Shown here: positions 24,907 to 38,559 of the stretch, piece by piece
How positions within the stretch are numbered: position 1 is the first letter of the stretch
How the letters are laid out: the number at the start of each line of letters is the position of its first letter
NCBI GenBank assembly: GCA_043228905.1
Contig: JBHGNT010000015.1
Coordinates: 8,618,001 to 8,682,000, forward strand
Source of the DNA: Azolla caroliniana
Taxonomy: Eukaryota > Plantae > Polypodiophyta
DNA: 64,000 nucleotides
Reading direction: 5' to 3'
Made by a program: the position numbers and the translations under genes
The notes under the pieces: generated by a model
Seen by the model: only the letters and a program-made list of their open reading frames with translations
The model's database searches: none
What the model was told of the DNA's origin: nothing

Positions 24907-26300
24907 GTGCGTGATGTGCAATGTTTTCTCAGGTTTGCAACTTTTTATCGAAAATTTATTAAAAATTATTCCAAGGTCGTGCTTCCACTCACTCAACTCA
25001 CACACAAAAATCAACCATTCATATGGAGTTTAGATGCAACCGAGGCATTTGAAAGTTTAAAACGAGCGTTTACAACAACACCTATTTTAGCATACGTTGA
25101 CCCAACCAAACGCTTCATCCTTGAAGCTGATGCATCCGACTTTGCACTAGGGAGAGTCCTATCACAAATTGTAGATGAGGACAGCTACACCCTTTCTCCT
25201 TTCATTCCCAAAAGTTTGAGGCCACAGAGATCAAATACGAGATCCATGACAAAGAACTTCTTGCAATTGTGGATTCTTTTTCAACAATGGCGACATTTTT
25301 TAGAAGGTTCTTCTTAGCAGATCATTGTCTACAATGATCATAAAAAATTGACATATTTCCATAACGCTCTAGTCTTGAGTTGGCAACAAGCCCAATGAGT
25401 GTAATTTTTGACTCACTTCGAATTTGTAATCATTTGTCGCCCTGCGATGCAACAAGGCAAAGCAGATGCTTTTTCTTGATGCTATTATATGGAATTTCGT
25501 CCAGGAGAACCTGCATTTGAGCATTAAAAACAAATCCTTTTGGGTCCTAATCGCCTACAATTAATGGCAGCTAATGCCATAAGAACACTTGAAGATTCCA
25601 CTCTTCTTGATTCCATTCGAGATCATATGGTCACTGATGAATTTGCCAATGATGTTTTGCATCATATTGTCCCGAATCATGCTTCTTCCTCGTAGTAAAA
25701 AAACCCTGGTAATGACTATTGTCAATTCTATTGGCATGGTGATTTGTTTCAACAAAACCTATTGTATGTTCCTAATGGTCCCCCGCGACTACAAGTCTTA
25801 CAACGTTTCCATGACAAACCAATGGCTGGACATTTTGGAGTTCGCAAAACTCTAGAATTAGTTTCTCGGCAATATTGGTGGCCTCACCTTTGTCATTTTG
25901 TTGAGGAGTATGTTCGCAATTGTGATACATGTTGTCGATCAAAGAGTCCTCAACATCGATCCTATGGCTACTACAACCGCTTCCCATTCCTGAAAATCCT
26001 TGGAAATCTATATCCTTGGATTTCATTACCGATCTCCCAGTTTTGAAAGGTTTTGATACAATTCTCACAGTGGTCAATCGACTTACCAAAATGGCACATT
26101 TCTTGCCATGTACGTAGTCTATTACTAGTTAAGAGGCGGTTGATCTAGTTATATGGCAGGTATTCAGGAATCATGGTCTTTAGGATGATATTATTAGTTA
26201 TCATGGCCCATAATTCATCTCAAAGTTTTGGAAGCACATGTTCAAACTTCTCCGAATTTCGGCTAAGCTTTCTTCAGGCTATCACCCCAAGACTAATGGT
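24907..26300 (+). pseudogene. Tcn1/Tf2-like (chromovirus-type) gypsy RT-RH-IN fragment
   Basis: [70 protein letters not shown]. Confidence 0.85.
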
Positions 26301-27480
26301 TGTAAAGGAATAGGATTACGAAAGCTACGACAAAACCAGCTCGTTTAGATGGCTAAAGAATACAAACATAGGTTTATGGAAATCTTACATGGGAGAGACA
26401 AAGTTAGAGCAGAACACAGAAACGTGTATATTCCAAAAATACTAACAACATTCTGTACATACAATGTGCTTTGTCAGCACTTTTGTACAAGTTCTTAAAG
26501 GACTGACAAGTACTTCAATGCTCATGCGAGCGACTAATACTAACTCCCAGAAAAATATGCCTACGTACTAGGTTAGATTCGTAGGCCTCTAACGGCCTAC
26601 CGGTTACAATTCAGTTCAGCTCTATGTTTAGGATGTTATCCGGATACGACCTGGCTCTGGCTTATTCAGCCAATTCAGATCAAGTTGATCTTGTTAGCTC
26701 AACACTCCCCCTCAAGATCAACTTGAGGTCTAATCGTTGTGTTGGTTTCAATGTCGGTTGGTCTTTCCCTCCGACTTGCGGTCTGATTGTTGTGTTGGTG
26801 TCAATTTTTGCTGATTGTTCCCTCTGGCTCCTCCTGGTGTCTTCCCGCCTTGCTCGTGCTCCTTGACCCATCCAGTTCCGCTTCCCATGACCCATCTACT
26901 CCTAGGTACCTTGACCTTCTCTATCGGCTTGTCTACTCATACGACCCTTCTCAGCTCTTTTGTTGTTGTGACTTCGACGCTTCTCGGCCCGTTGGTTCCT
27001 TTGTGTCGGTGTCGACTTTTACTGCCTTCTTGTCCGTTTGGCCACGAGTTAATCCGTCTCCTTCGAACCAAACTCCTCTTCCAAATTAGCTACCTCTGAT
27101 TCATTCCAACTCTTGTCTGAATTGGTTGTCTCCAATTCGTCTTCACCTTCAGACCCTTCACCACGTCAGACCACGTACGGGTCTTGGCCTTCTCATTCCG
27201 GTCAACTCTGTCCTTCTCGAATCTGCTACCATCGCCGCTTGTTCCGAATTTTTCGAATGTGCCTTCTTCTTAAGTCGACTCAACTTCCCTTTTCTTCTTG
27301 TCTCCCCCTACTTCGGTTGTTTTCGGCTTGAGCTCTCCGTTGCGGTGGCCCCCCTGCGTCTGGTCTCGGCTTTCTCAGTCGACCCGTGTACTCCGACTTC
27401 TTTAGTCGGGCCGAAGTCAAAATCGGCTTTTGACTCAACTTTTCAGTCGTCTTTATCATTCCTCCCCCTCGCCAACTTCA
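26301..27480 (-). mobile_element. Copia 3' end: 3' extension, PPT and LTR (26301-26704)
   Basis: Minus strand TTGAGGGGGAG-TGTTGAG...TTTACA; the extension is homologous to 6580-7095. Confidence 0.8.
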
Positions 27481-27653
27481 ATACCTTGTCATCTAGAAAG
27501 GGTGCCCAATCTCTGAAGCAACATGGGAGCCGACACACCATCTCCAGCATGCCCCGGACATAGTTTGAGCAGTTCATGAATGCTATCGACAGAAACCGGT
27601 CGCGGGTCCCAAGAGGCAGCCTTAGAGGGAGGATAATGTCATAGACAGGATCT

Positions 27654-28035
27654 TGCCACATGGAATTGTGGGGGTTGAACCCATGACCTTTTGGTCTTAT
27701 TGGGAAACCTTACCAATTGAACTACATCTATCTATGCATTATTGTATTGTATAAGATTCAACTTATTACATTGTAGCTTGATCACTAGAACATTCAAGAA
27801 CCTTCTAGAGAATGCATCTTCATGTACTCTCTAGAAACTTCCATGCACTCTCCAGAAGTTTTCTAGCTTTCATGCATACCTCCACATTCTTGAATAAATA
27901 CTCGGGTGCACCTTGATTACAATCAAGGTGAACCAGAGTAGTTACAAAAGCATATTTTAGTTCTTGTTCTTTTGTCTATTTTCTCTCTCTCTCTCTCTCT
28001 CTTGCTTGTTCTCTTGTCTATTCTCTCTCTCCCGC
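27654..28035. mobile_element. Putative solo LTR with a tRNA-like head (its last bases at 42496-42500), host of gypsy B
   Basis: LTR-like composition, A/B-box module at 27667-27726 (-), and ATCT flanking both 27654 and 42500. Confidence 0.35.
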
Positions 28036-29940
28036 TGTCGTGAAGATATTTGGCATCGGTGTGAAAATTGCGAGGAACATACAAAATTAAGTGTGGTTCT
28101 TCACACACGATATGAAACAATAGTCGTAAGGTATTATTTTAGATTAGTTTAATATCTTGGTATGAAAAGATGGATGCCTTCAAGAGCTTTCGAACGCATT
28201 TACTACATATAAAACATACAACTAAATATCAAGTTATGTGAGTGTGAAGTTTGAGAAAAAGAGGATTTAACAAAACTGTGAGATATCCCACATAGATAGG
28301 ACACATGAGGATCCTAGATTATATAAGTAGATCCAAAACTTCTTATCTCATATCTCTATATATAGAGCATAGAATGGTTGCGGTGATTCAAACCACATTG
28401 TTGGAATAGATAAATGTGAATGTATTGCTTGGAATGGTTTTGGCTCGATTGGGACGCGCCTATGTGGCACAATTCGGTCGGGACGCGTGTGTGTGCACAG
28501 TCGTAGCGCACGGCTCTATTGCGGTTCAGTGGTGAAGGATGCATGCGCATGGCTCAATCGCGGTTTGGTGGCGACGGACGCATGCGCACGGCTCAATCGC
28601 GGTTCGGTGGCGACAAACGCACAGCTCGATCGTGACGTGACTAAAGCCTAGTAGAAAAAAAATTGTATAAAAAGAGGTGCAAGTAAGAATTTGAACCTTG
28701 CACTTCCTAGATAGGACTTACCATTAAACCAAGTCATTTCCTTATATATGAGAGCTTAAAAGAGTGACATGGTTATCATGCGTCACATGTAATGTATGAG
28801 CACCGAATGGCAAACATGACTCGCATGCATTACATGCATTGTATGCATATCTTGTACCCTCACATTCATCATATGCATGGGGGAATCTTTAAAAGAGGGG
28901 AGGAAAAAGAAAAGGATATCAAGCAAGCTATGTACTAATCAAGAAATTAATAATAAGAAAATTAGTTATATTATTGTTGATGTATCTTCTCCCTCAAATC
29001 GAAAGTCAAGGGTTTAATCTCTATCTCAATCTATCTTAAATACTTTCTCGCTAAAGCTAATACAAACTTCGATTCCTTCCGGTTCAGAACCCCAACGGTT
29101 CCGCCTCACGATCTGCACATAGTGACGAATTTTTACGACATAATTAAGTTGTGAACCCGACATGAAAGAGGCAGTAGGAAGGGTCAAATCGAGGATCAAC
29201 CGATACTTGGAGATGGCATCCTCAAGCAATTAAGCATGAGAGTTCGAAAGGATGATGGTAATCGTCGAACAAATGATGAGATCTCGGAACAACGATGCAA
29301 GCGTGAAGAAGGTTGTCGACCGTGTTGTTGTTCGAGGGTCAATTTGATGGAAGGAACATTACGATGTTCCTTGACACATACAAAAGGGAGATGAATCAGA
29401 GGGATGTGTCGGAAGCACGTCAAATCACAAGTTTCAAGAGAGTTGTCACCAACAACGTCCAAAGGCGTGTCATCAAGCTTCAAGAAGTCAAGACAACATG
29501 GTTCGAGTTCGAGAAAGCAACATTAGCGGAGTTTGCGACGGAAGATTTGTCGAGGATGACTTGACATGCCTTCATGAAGTGGATACAGAAGAAAAACAAG
29601 AAGATGAGCGCCTCGAGGGTGTACGACAAGTTCGACCAAATGTATAATCGTCTCTCCGCCATAGACCAAGTGCTACTTGAGGAGGACAAGTCTTTGTACT
29701 TCCTGAAAGCTATGGATATGAAGGACAGACAAGAATTGGGGACTCTCCTTGAAGATGATACCTAAGCGAACGGACTTGTGGCAGACTCGATTGCGGTGAA
29801 GAGAGCATGCAATAGGCTCGACAAGCATCGTCAATGGGTTGATGACACCAATGGCAGGATCGACTAGGGAGAAAACAAGACAACCAAAAGTGGTTGAGCC
29901 GCCCAAACAAAGCAACCCAGAAGAAAAGAAGAGTGATGAT

Positions 29941-32900
29941 TGTGAAAGTGATTTTAGAATTCAAGGTATTGGACACTACAAGAATAAAAGTTATGAAGCA
30001 TTCACATCTGGAGGTCAAGAACACGAGCTAAGGTTTGGAGGATAAGTCAAACAAAAAGCAAGACACATGGAGAAAAGTAAAAGAAGAAAAAAGCGCGCCA
30101 CCAAAACACAGTCTAAAACAAACGCTCATAACTCATTCATTTTGATGCCAAATATCATGTTCAAATATGAGTTAGAAATCTTATGAAGAGAGCTATCCGC
30201 AGCTTTTTAAAGCTCTAAATTTGGATCTTGGTTGAGGGAGATATGATAATTAGAAGATCGTTGTGTCATAACTAAGAATAGGAGATGGAAAAACTCTAAA
30301 AAAAGCGTGGAAAAGAACGCAAAGGAAACTTATCTAGTAGAGGAGAACTTCATATAAAGCAAGAAAAGTAAGGTGGTGGAAGGGAGAGTCTACTTGTTGT
30401 GGTGTTTTTCTTGCCTATTCATGTAGTGTGGTTATGTTGTTATCCATATATGTTTGTAGACTTGGATTTATGTATCTTCTTTCTCTCTTCCTTCCATCAT
30501 GACTATTCATTATCAATAGATCTTTGTGGTTTTGGATATATATATCTTCCTTCTCTCTTCTTTCTATCATCTCTCTATCATTTTTGGCGTTCTAGGGAGG
30601 GCCGATCCTTTCTGTATAATGGGAGGAACGGTTGTCCACTCAATGATGGTTGGATCTACCGATTCATCATCAAACTGATGCCAAGATATGGAGTTCGCAA
30701 TGCGACAGATCTACAAAGAGAACTTTTCCAATTGCGTATGGTTTCATCAATGTGCTACCTCGAGTATGAGAAGAATTTTTTGGATATATGGTCCACTTGG
30801 ATTCAACTTGTTGGAGGCGTTCAAGATGCAAAGATTCAAAGCAGGGCTAGATGCATATTTTCAATATGAAGTGCATATGAAGTACCCAAGGTCTTTCCAT
30901 GATTTACTTCGAGTATGTCAAAGTTATGATCAACAATTAAAGACGCTATTATTCGGTGAAGCATATGGAGTATCGACGTCATATACCATAAATCCAAGTT
31001 GTGGGCATCAACTCTTCAACAACAATTTGATCAAGAGCCAAGAGAATTACTTGTAATGCATGATTGGAGTATCATGAACTTATCACCATCAAAGGATCCA
31101 CCACAACTAACCAAATGTATAAAGGAGAAGGAATCATCTATCGACAATGGCAAGCAAGAAGATAAAAGCATAACAATTGATGAATCTTCGTGGGATAGGC
31201 AAAACAAATGATGAGATACAAGCTCAACATTGGCCGGATCGGTTGTGCAAGCCAAGAACCGGATCGGTTGGGACCGTTCGATTAGGCCGGACCAGTGCGT
31301 ACACTGGGTGCGTAAACCGGTGCGCAACAAGAAGTCATAGCGGTGCGTAAACCGCGAGGCCGTTGGAAACATATTCCGCGTAGGAATATATTTTGGGAGT
31401 TTGTGTAGAGCTCATTTATGAGCATTGAAGTACGTGTTGGTACTTCTATCAGTCCGTATGGACTTGTATAAAAGTGCTCACTAAGCACATCCTATGTACA
31501 GACTGAGTATTATTTTTTTAATACAAGTGTGTGTATTGACTCTCTCTCTCTCTCTCCCTCGTAATGTGTGTCCAAGCTCTCCATTAAACTTGTGTTTTCC
31601 TACGTTCTGCTTTCTGTTGCTTCCGCACGTTATTCTTTTTACAACAAATCATTCCACATGGTGTCTAAGGAGGAAGAAGAAGTCATTGAAGAGAAAAGCA
31701 TTATCACCTTGGAGAAGATGATTTCAAGCTATATCCAAGGAGAAGAGCATCTAAGGTTTAGTTCTTTTCTTTCTGAGTTTCCAAAATTACTCATAAATGT
31801 CCATTCACAGATAAAAGGAGAAGATTGCTTCAAAGACCTTATCAAGTTGAAGGTACCAATTGCCCAAACTCTTCAAGAATCTACGGTTGTGCAAAAGAAA
31901 GATCATAAAGCATTGTTACAAGAGAGTTTCATTTATCATATGGAGGATTTGAAGTTTATATCACCTATTGTTGTGGTTCCAAAGGAGAAAGATGTCAACT
32001 TCCAACCCTTGAATGATTCAAGCAAACGAGATCAATTTTTACTTTCTTTTCGAGATGACATTCTAGATGAAATGGTCATACATACAAAACAAGGTAATGT
32101 GGAGAATGTGGTGTGCCAAGAAGAAGGTCATGTTGATGAAGCAAAGATCAAAGTAATTCAAAAGGTGACAACTCCGACAAGTCTCAAAGCTTTGAAGGTG
32201 TTTGTGCAAAAGGTTCGTTCGCTCGAAAGATTTATTCATATGTTGACATGCTTACTTCTATCAAGAGTTATGTATCACATGGACCTACTTGTGTTTGAAA
32301 ACTTGATGAAGGTATACTAATTGTTGTAACCTCTTTCTTTGTGTTGACAAGGAGAAAAATGATGATGGCAATTGTCAATGTGTGTGTGCGTGTAGGAGTG
32401 TGAGGTTTTTCCTACTGTTTAGCAGGGGTTTCACTCACATAATTTGTTTCTTTTTTTCTCTCCTTCTTTATCTATAGCCATGACTAAGGCAAAGGAGAAT
32501 TTTTGGTTTTATTAGTAGCTTAGGGTTCACCATAAATGGTTCACCAAGAAGCAAGGGGGAGGGCTAAATGTGAAAGTGATTTTAGAATTCAAGGTATTGG
32601 ACATTACAAGAATATAAGTTATGAAGAATTCACATCTGGAGGTCAAGAACACGAGCTAAGGTTTGGAGGATAAGTCAAACAAAAAGCAAGACACGTGGAG
32701 AAAAGTAAAAGAAGAAAAAAGTGCGTCACCAAAACACAGTCTGAAACAAAGGCTCATAACTCATTCGTTTGGACCCCAAATATCATGTTCAAATATGGAT
32801 TAGAAATCTTATGAAGAGAGCTATCCGTAGCTTTTTAAAGCTCTAAATTTGGATCTTGGCTAAGGGAGATATGATAATTAGAAGATCGTTGTGTCATAGC

Positions 32901-33210
32901 TAAGAATAGGAGATGGAAAAGCTCTTAAAAAAGCATGGAAAAGAACACAAGGGAAACTTATCTAGTAGAGGAGAACTTAATATAAAGCAAGAAGAGTAAT
33001 GTGGTGGAAGGGAGAGTCTACTTGTTGTGGTGTTTTTCTTGCCTATTCATGTAGTGTGATTGTGTTGTTATCCATATATCTTTGTAGACTTGGATTTATG
33101 TATCTTCTTTCTCTCTTCCTTCCATCATGATTATTCATTATCAATAGATCTTTGTGGTTTTGGATATATATATATCTTCCTTCTCTCTTCTTTCTATCAT
33201 CTCTCTATCA
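29941..33210 (+). mobile_element. Non-autonomous degenerate gypsy (LTRs 29941-30580 and 32569-33210; TSD ATGAT/ATGAG)
   Basis: Direct ~640-bp LTRs, PBS-like TGGCGTTCTAGGGAGGG, PPT AAGCAAGGGGGAGGG, and an eroded RT (ISPIVVVPK..VNFQPLND..DDILDEM). Confidence 0.85.
31209..31643 (+). mobile_element. Copia solo LTR (family of the 1104/7106 LTR), TSD ACAAA
   Basis: TGATGAGATACAAGCTCAACA...TTTTTACA flanked by ACAAA on both sides. Confidence 0.88.
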
Positions 33211-35072
33211 ATGAGGACATCATTGAAGAACTAGCGAAGAAGGTTGAGACGGTCATGCTAGTGAATATGAATCGTTAGGGCCCCAAAGGAAAAGAACCCT
33301 TTAGATGCGTGTGGTGCGATAGCATGGACCACATGAGAAGGGGTTGCGCAAGCCTTCGAGATGCCATTCGACAAAATATTGTATACATGGATGGAAACAT
33401 GATCTACTCAAATGAAACCAGAAGTCCCCTACGAGTGAATTTCGGAAGAGGAGGAATGAAGAAAGGTATGGAAGATGCCGAGACGACTCATGTGGATGTG
33501 ATGCACTATGCTGCATTGGCCAAAATAAGAGTCGGGAAAGGCAAAACTGAAGTTGCTAGAGCAGGAGCAAAGTTTTGTTCTATCGTTCTCGAGAATGAGA
33601 AGAAGGGAAAAGTCACTTCGAATGAGGTAGAGCTTGTGGACCGAAGTGTGCAAAGAATATCCAGTGGATGACAACACCATACTCGCGGAAGTGATGTGTG
33701 ACAACCACAAGGTGTTCGTGGATGAAAAGAGAAAAAGAATGGAAGGGTAAGACAACCCATCAAAAATACATGAAACAAGGAGCGTGAAAAAGAAAGAAGA
33801 TGTAGAAGCAAGTCAAGCTTTACAAACTGAGGAAGGAGAATCAAGCCGAAAAGGGGAGTCAAGCAAACGAGTCAAAGAAACGGTTCGGCCCGTGAGGGTT
33901 GATGTTGAAGACCCCGCTCGGAAGACAAGAACTATGCCTACCTATAACCTAAGGTCAAACATAGAGCAGATGACAAATCTGAAGAAGATTCTCGAGAAAA
34001 GTGTTCTTGATAGCCACGTGACCTTGTCCTTAAGAGAAATTCTCGGCATTACGAAGAAGTTCCATGATACAATCGTAGACCTTGTAAAGAGAAAAAGGCA
34101 AAAGTCGGACGAGGAAGAAGAGAAACCACTAAAAGCAAATACAATGTCATAACGATGGCAAGGGAGGAAGTCGATGAAGATATGGTGGGCAACCACTATA
34201 CTCGAACTCATTGGGCACGAGCGACAACGAAGACGCCGGTGAAGATCGGGGAGAAGAAAGAGACCGTGGTATCCTTGATTGACCATGGCTCGGAGATCAA
34301 CCTCATGTCAACCGAGTTTTACAAAAAAGGAAGATGACCAATTAATACAAATCACAGATGGATTCGAACGGAAACAAAAGCCACAGAGGACTTGTATGGA
34401 GCTTGTCCCAATGTTAAAGTCACAATTGGGGATGTGGTGATGGATCAACACTTCTTCGTGCAAGAATCGGCTTCACATCCTATCATCCTAGGACAACCGT
34501 ATATCACATCATCCCAGATGGAGACCAAGGTGTTCGATAATGGAGCAGCCTTCGTGCGAGTCGTCTTGACAGTCAAAGATCTGTTCAATTCCTAACGGTG
34601 TGAGCAAATCATGAAAGGAACCGAGATAACCTTGGAGGCAAATCCTCGGATTTTTATAGCGGACTATTGAAGCATGGGGCACAATTAGTACGAGAGATCA
34701 AAAGTCCCCACAAGAAAGTAGAGCTCGTGGATTGCAAGGAGAAGCAACATGTGTCACACCTAGTGGCGCATGTAAACTAGGACTACTCAACAAGAAGGAC
34801 AAGCGTCGGATACAAGACTTCAAGAAGATGTTGCAAAAAGAAAACATAATAGAAGAAGAAGAATTCGTGACTCATATTATAGAAGAAGCCTCATTTAACG
34901 ACACCATCGGCGAAATCGAGGAAGTCGTGAACTTGAGCTATCAACACGTGATTTCGGTTAACTCCGTCAACATGTATGCTATCATTGATGAATATCATCG
35001 AAGCATCTTGATGGAGGAAGCTGACATCAACACAATATAAAACAGTGGATAGAAAGATCAAGCTAGTTGCGG

Positions 35073-38000
35073 TGTCGTGATGTTGCGTGTCCAATGGGAG
35101 AAATTGTGAAATAGTGTAGTTCCACGCACATAGCACAAATGATTAAAGGTATGAAAATTATCCTAAGGCCTAGTGGCATTCGAGTGCATATAGAGGGGTG
35201 CAAGCAAGATTTGAACCTTGCACCTCCAAGATAAAAAACATTTATCTTACCATTAGGGCTACTACCAAGTACTTTAAATATTATGTATTTCTTTTCATAT
35301 TCAAAAGGCATAGGAAAACAACTGTACAAAACCATGTTCCAAGCCCATGGTTTTGTGCATGCCACAAGAAAAACCGTGTGCCCAAAAACCATGGGTCCAA
35401 GCCCATGGTTTTGTGCATGTTAGAAGCATGGATAGACCTATAAAAACCTCTTAAGGCTTGTGTAAAGGGGAGGCTCAATATGTGATATCACCATCACCAC
35501 CATCATCAATATAATACTCTCATTTATCTTTTTCTAATTAAACATCTTCTCTCAAGTGTATCAATTTTCTTTAATCTTTTCAAGTGTGACATTGTCTTCC
35601 TCGACTCAAACATCCACATCATTGTCTTTTAAGGTCATCTAACGTCCTCCTCAGTCCGAGACCCCGGTGATCCCGCTCAAGTAGCACATGCACACGAGCA
35701 TTTTCGTGACATCTTTTGGTGAAACCGACGTGAATAGCGGTAGGGGAGGATGAAGATGGACGAGGAATATCTCATGGAGGCAATGTCAAAGATGATAATG
35801 GAATTTTCAAGAGAAGGGAAAAGACGAGATATGGCCCAACAAGCCGTCGAAAGCGTGGTTGAGTGAGTCCAATATATTCTAAAAGTCTACAATGCCGAGA
35901 TGGATTCAAGAGGTGTGAACGAAGCTATCAAGCGGGAGTACTTTTGTCGGGTGTGGTGGCTGAACCGATCTACAAAGAGGTAAAAGAGCTTCAAGAAGCT
36001 CATGATTCGTGGGTAACTTTCAAGGAAGCTCTATTGAAGACATATGGCTAGGAGAGACCGAAGGGGGGAGGTTGTCGTGAGTTCAACCAGTGGGTGGCAT
36101 CGGTGAGGACCCATCAAGGTGCGACACAAGCATTCCTAGACTTCGAGTGTCATTTTTCTCAATTGTCGAAACAGGAACAAAGATTGGTGGGGGTGGATAA
36201 GGTCTTGTTGTTTGTGAAGTTGATCGATCGAAGGGAAAGGGTGGCCATTGGACTCAAACTCAAAGAAGATTATGGTGCAAATGGCCTCACTGAGGATTGG
36301 AGAAAAGTGGAAAGAGTATGCTGACTACATGATAAGAGGAAGACGAGATTCTATTAGGCAACAACACAACCCACGAGAGATGGTGAAAGGAGGACGGGAT
36401 GCGACTACACACAACCACCTAAAGAAGAAAGCTTGAAGACGGAAGGTTCGATGGTACTCGACATAGAGGCCTTCGTAAAGGAGGCATATGAGAGTTTAAA
36501 GGTGCAATTCAAGGCCAAAGAGAAGCCTAGAATGGAGCCAAAACCGAGGCAATTGGTGATCAAGGAAGAGGAGACCTCCTGACAAATATGGACTAATGAT
36601 ACGGCCAATACGAAGTCCCAAGTTCGGTACGACAGTACCACGGGAGAAGGTGTGAAACAAGCCACCTTCTCGACTTACGAAGGAACGACGGTCAAGAGAA
36701 AGGCCGAAGACTCGAGAGTGGGAAATGCTGCTTTAAGAGTGGATGAGCATTTCGGAACACATGTGTCCAAAATATCGAGTGATGAAGGTGCAAGCATGAC
36801 CAAAGCTTGCGTGATCGAGGGATGTAAAGAGTGCAATGTCGATGTGATTGAGACAGTAGCCACGAGGAACGACATCGAGTCGCATATGGCTATGGATGAG
36901 AAGACGGTGACCGATGGTGCTGAGGTTCTCCCCACAATTGTTCTTGAAACTTCGGAAGTTGTGGCCGATTGCCAACGTGAGACCGGAGAGATGGAAGGTG
37001 GCGACAGGAAATTGAAGGACTGAAACGGCGATGAGGACGATGAGGTGAATGACCACAGATGAAGGGATCCCTCCACACCGGTTCTGGAGACTTCGGCAGT
37101 TGTGTCCGAGAGCCAACATAACACAGGAGAGATGGAAGGTGGCGGTGAGGAGATGAGGGTCAAAGCCAGCGCATACGGAGGAACTGTGGCCAGAAAGGAG
37201 GCCAAGAACAAAGCTACGATAGAATTTGATAAAGAGCCAGAGAGCGGAAAGAAAGGAAGAACCGGAAGACAAACCGAATGGAAGATGACAGGGTTGGTAT
37301 TCCGACCCGAATGGAAGCCAACCCGGATGGGAACTAATCAACCGGGCCCGACCCAACTGAAACCCGGACGGAAGCCGACCCGAATGGAAGCCGTTCGTTT
37401 GAGTCCGATTCGGTTGAATGCAAATCTAGACGAAGGCTGACCAAGAGAGAAGTTGATTGGTCGAGACCAATCTAGACAAAAGTTGAGCCGACCTAACCAT
37501 AGGTTCAAGTTGATGAGCCGCGACACCCAGTCGAGGCTAGTGAGGATGAGGAAAGGCAAACATGAGACGAGAAAGGCCGATCGGAGGAAGTTTGATGACT
37601 AAGGAGATGGTCGGGATGAAGGCAGCACACGTACGATGCATGAAGGGTTACGCTCAGGAGGAGAAAAAGGGGCTATGCCAAGTGGTCATGGCAACGCGAA
37701 GGGCGAGCGAATGATATGGTTGATCGGGTAGTGATGATGGTTCAGGTGGAAGGAATGCATGTGCTCAAAATGGAGGACAAAGGCCGACACAGGCGAACGT
37801 AAGAAAGAAAGAAATCAAAGGCCAACCACCTTTGAGTCCACCACATCACTCTTTTCTTCTTGGCACATGCCGGAGGATGTGCGGTTTGGTGGGGGTGGAT
37901 GTCGTGATGTTGCGTGTCCAATGGGAGAAATTGTGAAATAGTGTAGTTCCACACACATACCACAAATGATTAAAGGTATGAAAATTATCCTAGGGCCTAG

Positions 38001-38559
38001 TGGCATTCGAGTGCAAATAGAGGGGTGCAAGAAAGATTTGAACCTTGCACCTCCAATATAAAAAACATTTATCTTACCATTAGGGCTACTGCCAAGTACT
38101 TTAAATATTATGTATTTCTTTTCATATTCAAAAGGCATAGGAAAACAACCGTACAAAACCGTGTGCACAAAACCATGTTCCAAGCCCATGGTTTTGTGCA
38201 TGCCACAAGAAAAACCGTGTGCCTAAAAACCATGGGTCCAAGCCCATGGTTTTGTGCATGCCACAAGAAAAACCGTGTGCCTAAAAACCATGGGTCCAAG
38301 CCCATGGTTTTGTGCATGTTAGAAGCATGGATAGACGTATAAAAACCCTCGTAAGGCTTGTGTAAAGGGGGGGCTCAATATGTGATATCATCATCATCAA
38401 TATAATACTCTTATTTATCTTTTTCTAATTAAACATCTTCTCTCAAGTGTATCAATTTTCTTAATCTTTTCAAGTGTGACATTGTCTTCCTCGACTCAAA
38501 CATCCACATCATTGTCTTTTAAGGTCATCTAACGTCCTCCTCAGTCTAAGACCCTGGTG
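35073..38559 (+). mobile_element. Gypsy element C: non-autonomous gag-only element (LTRs 35073-35711 and 37900-38559, the latter truncated)
   Basis: Duplicated LTRs, Trp PBS, degenerate gag N-terminal half (VDKVLLFVK..NGLTEDW), no pol, and the same hairpin/PPT. Host pol resumes at 38560. Confidence 0.85.

Noticed and set aside
27490-27650. Possible captured host-gene fragment
   Set aside because: Too short, with no recognisable motif; it cannot be supported without a search.
27667-27726. Functional tRNA gene
   Set aside because: A and B boxes are present, but there is no proper acceptor or anticodon stem; kept only as a tRNA-like module.
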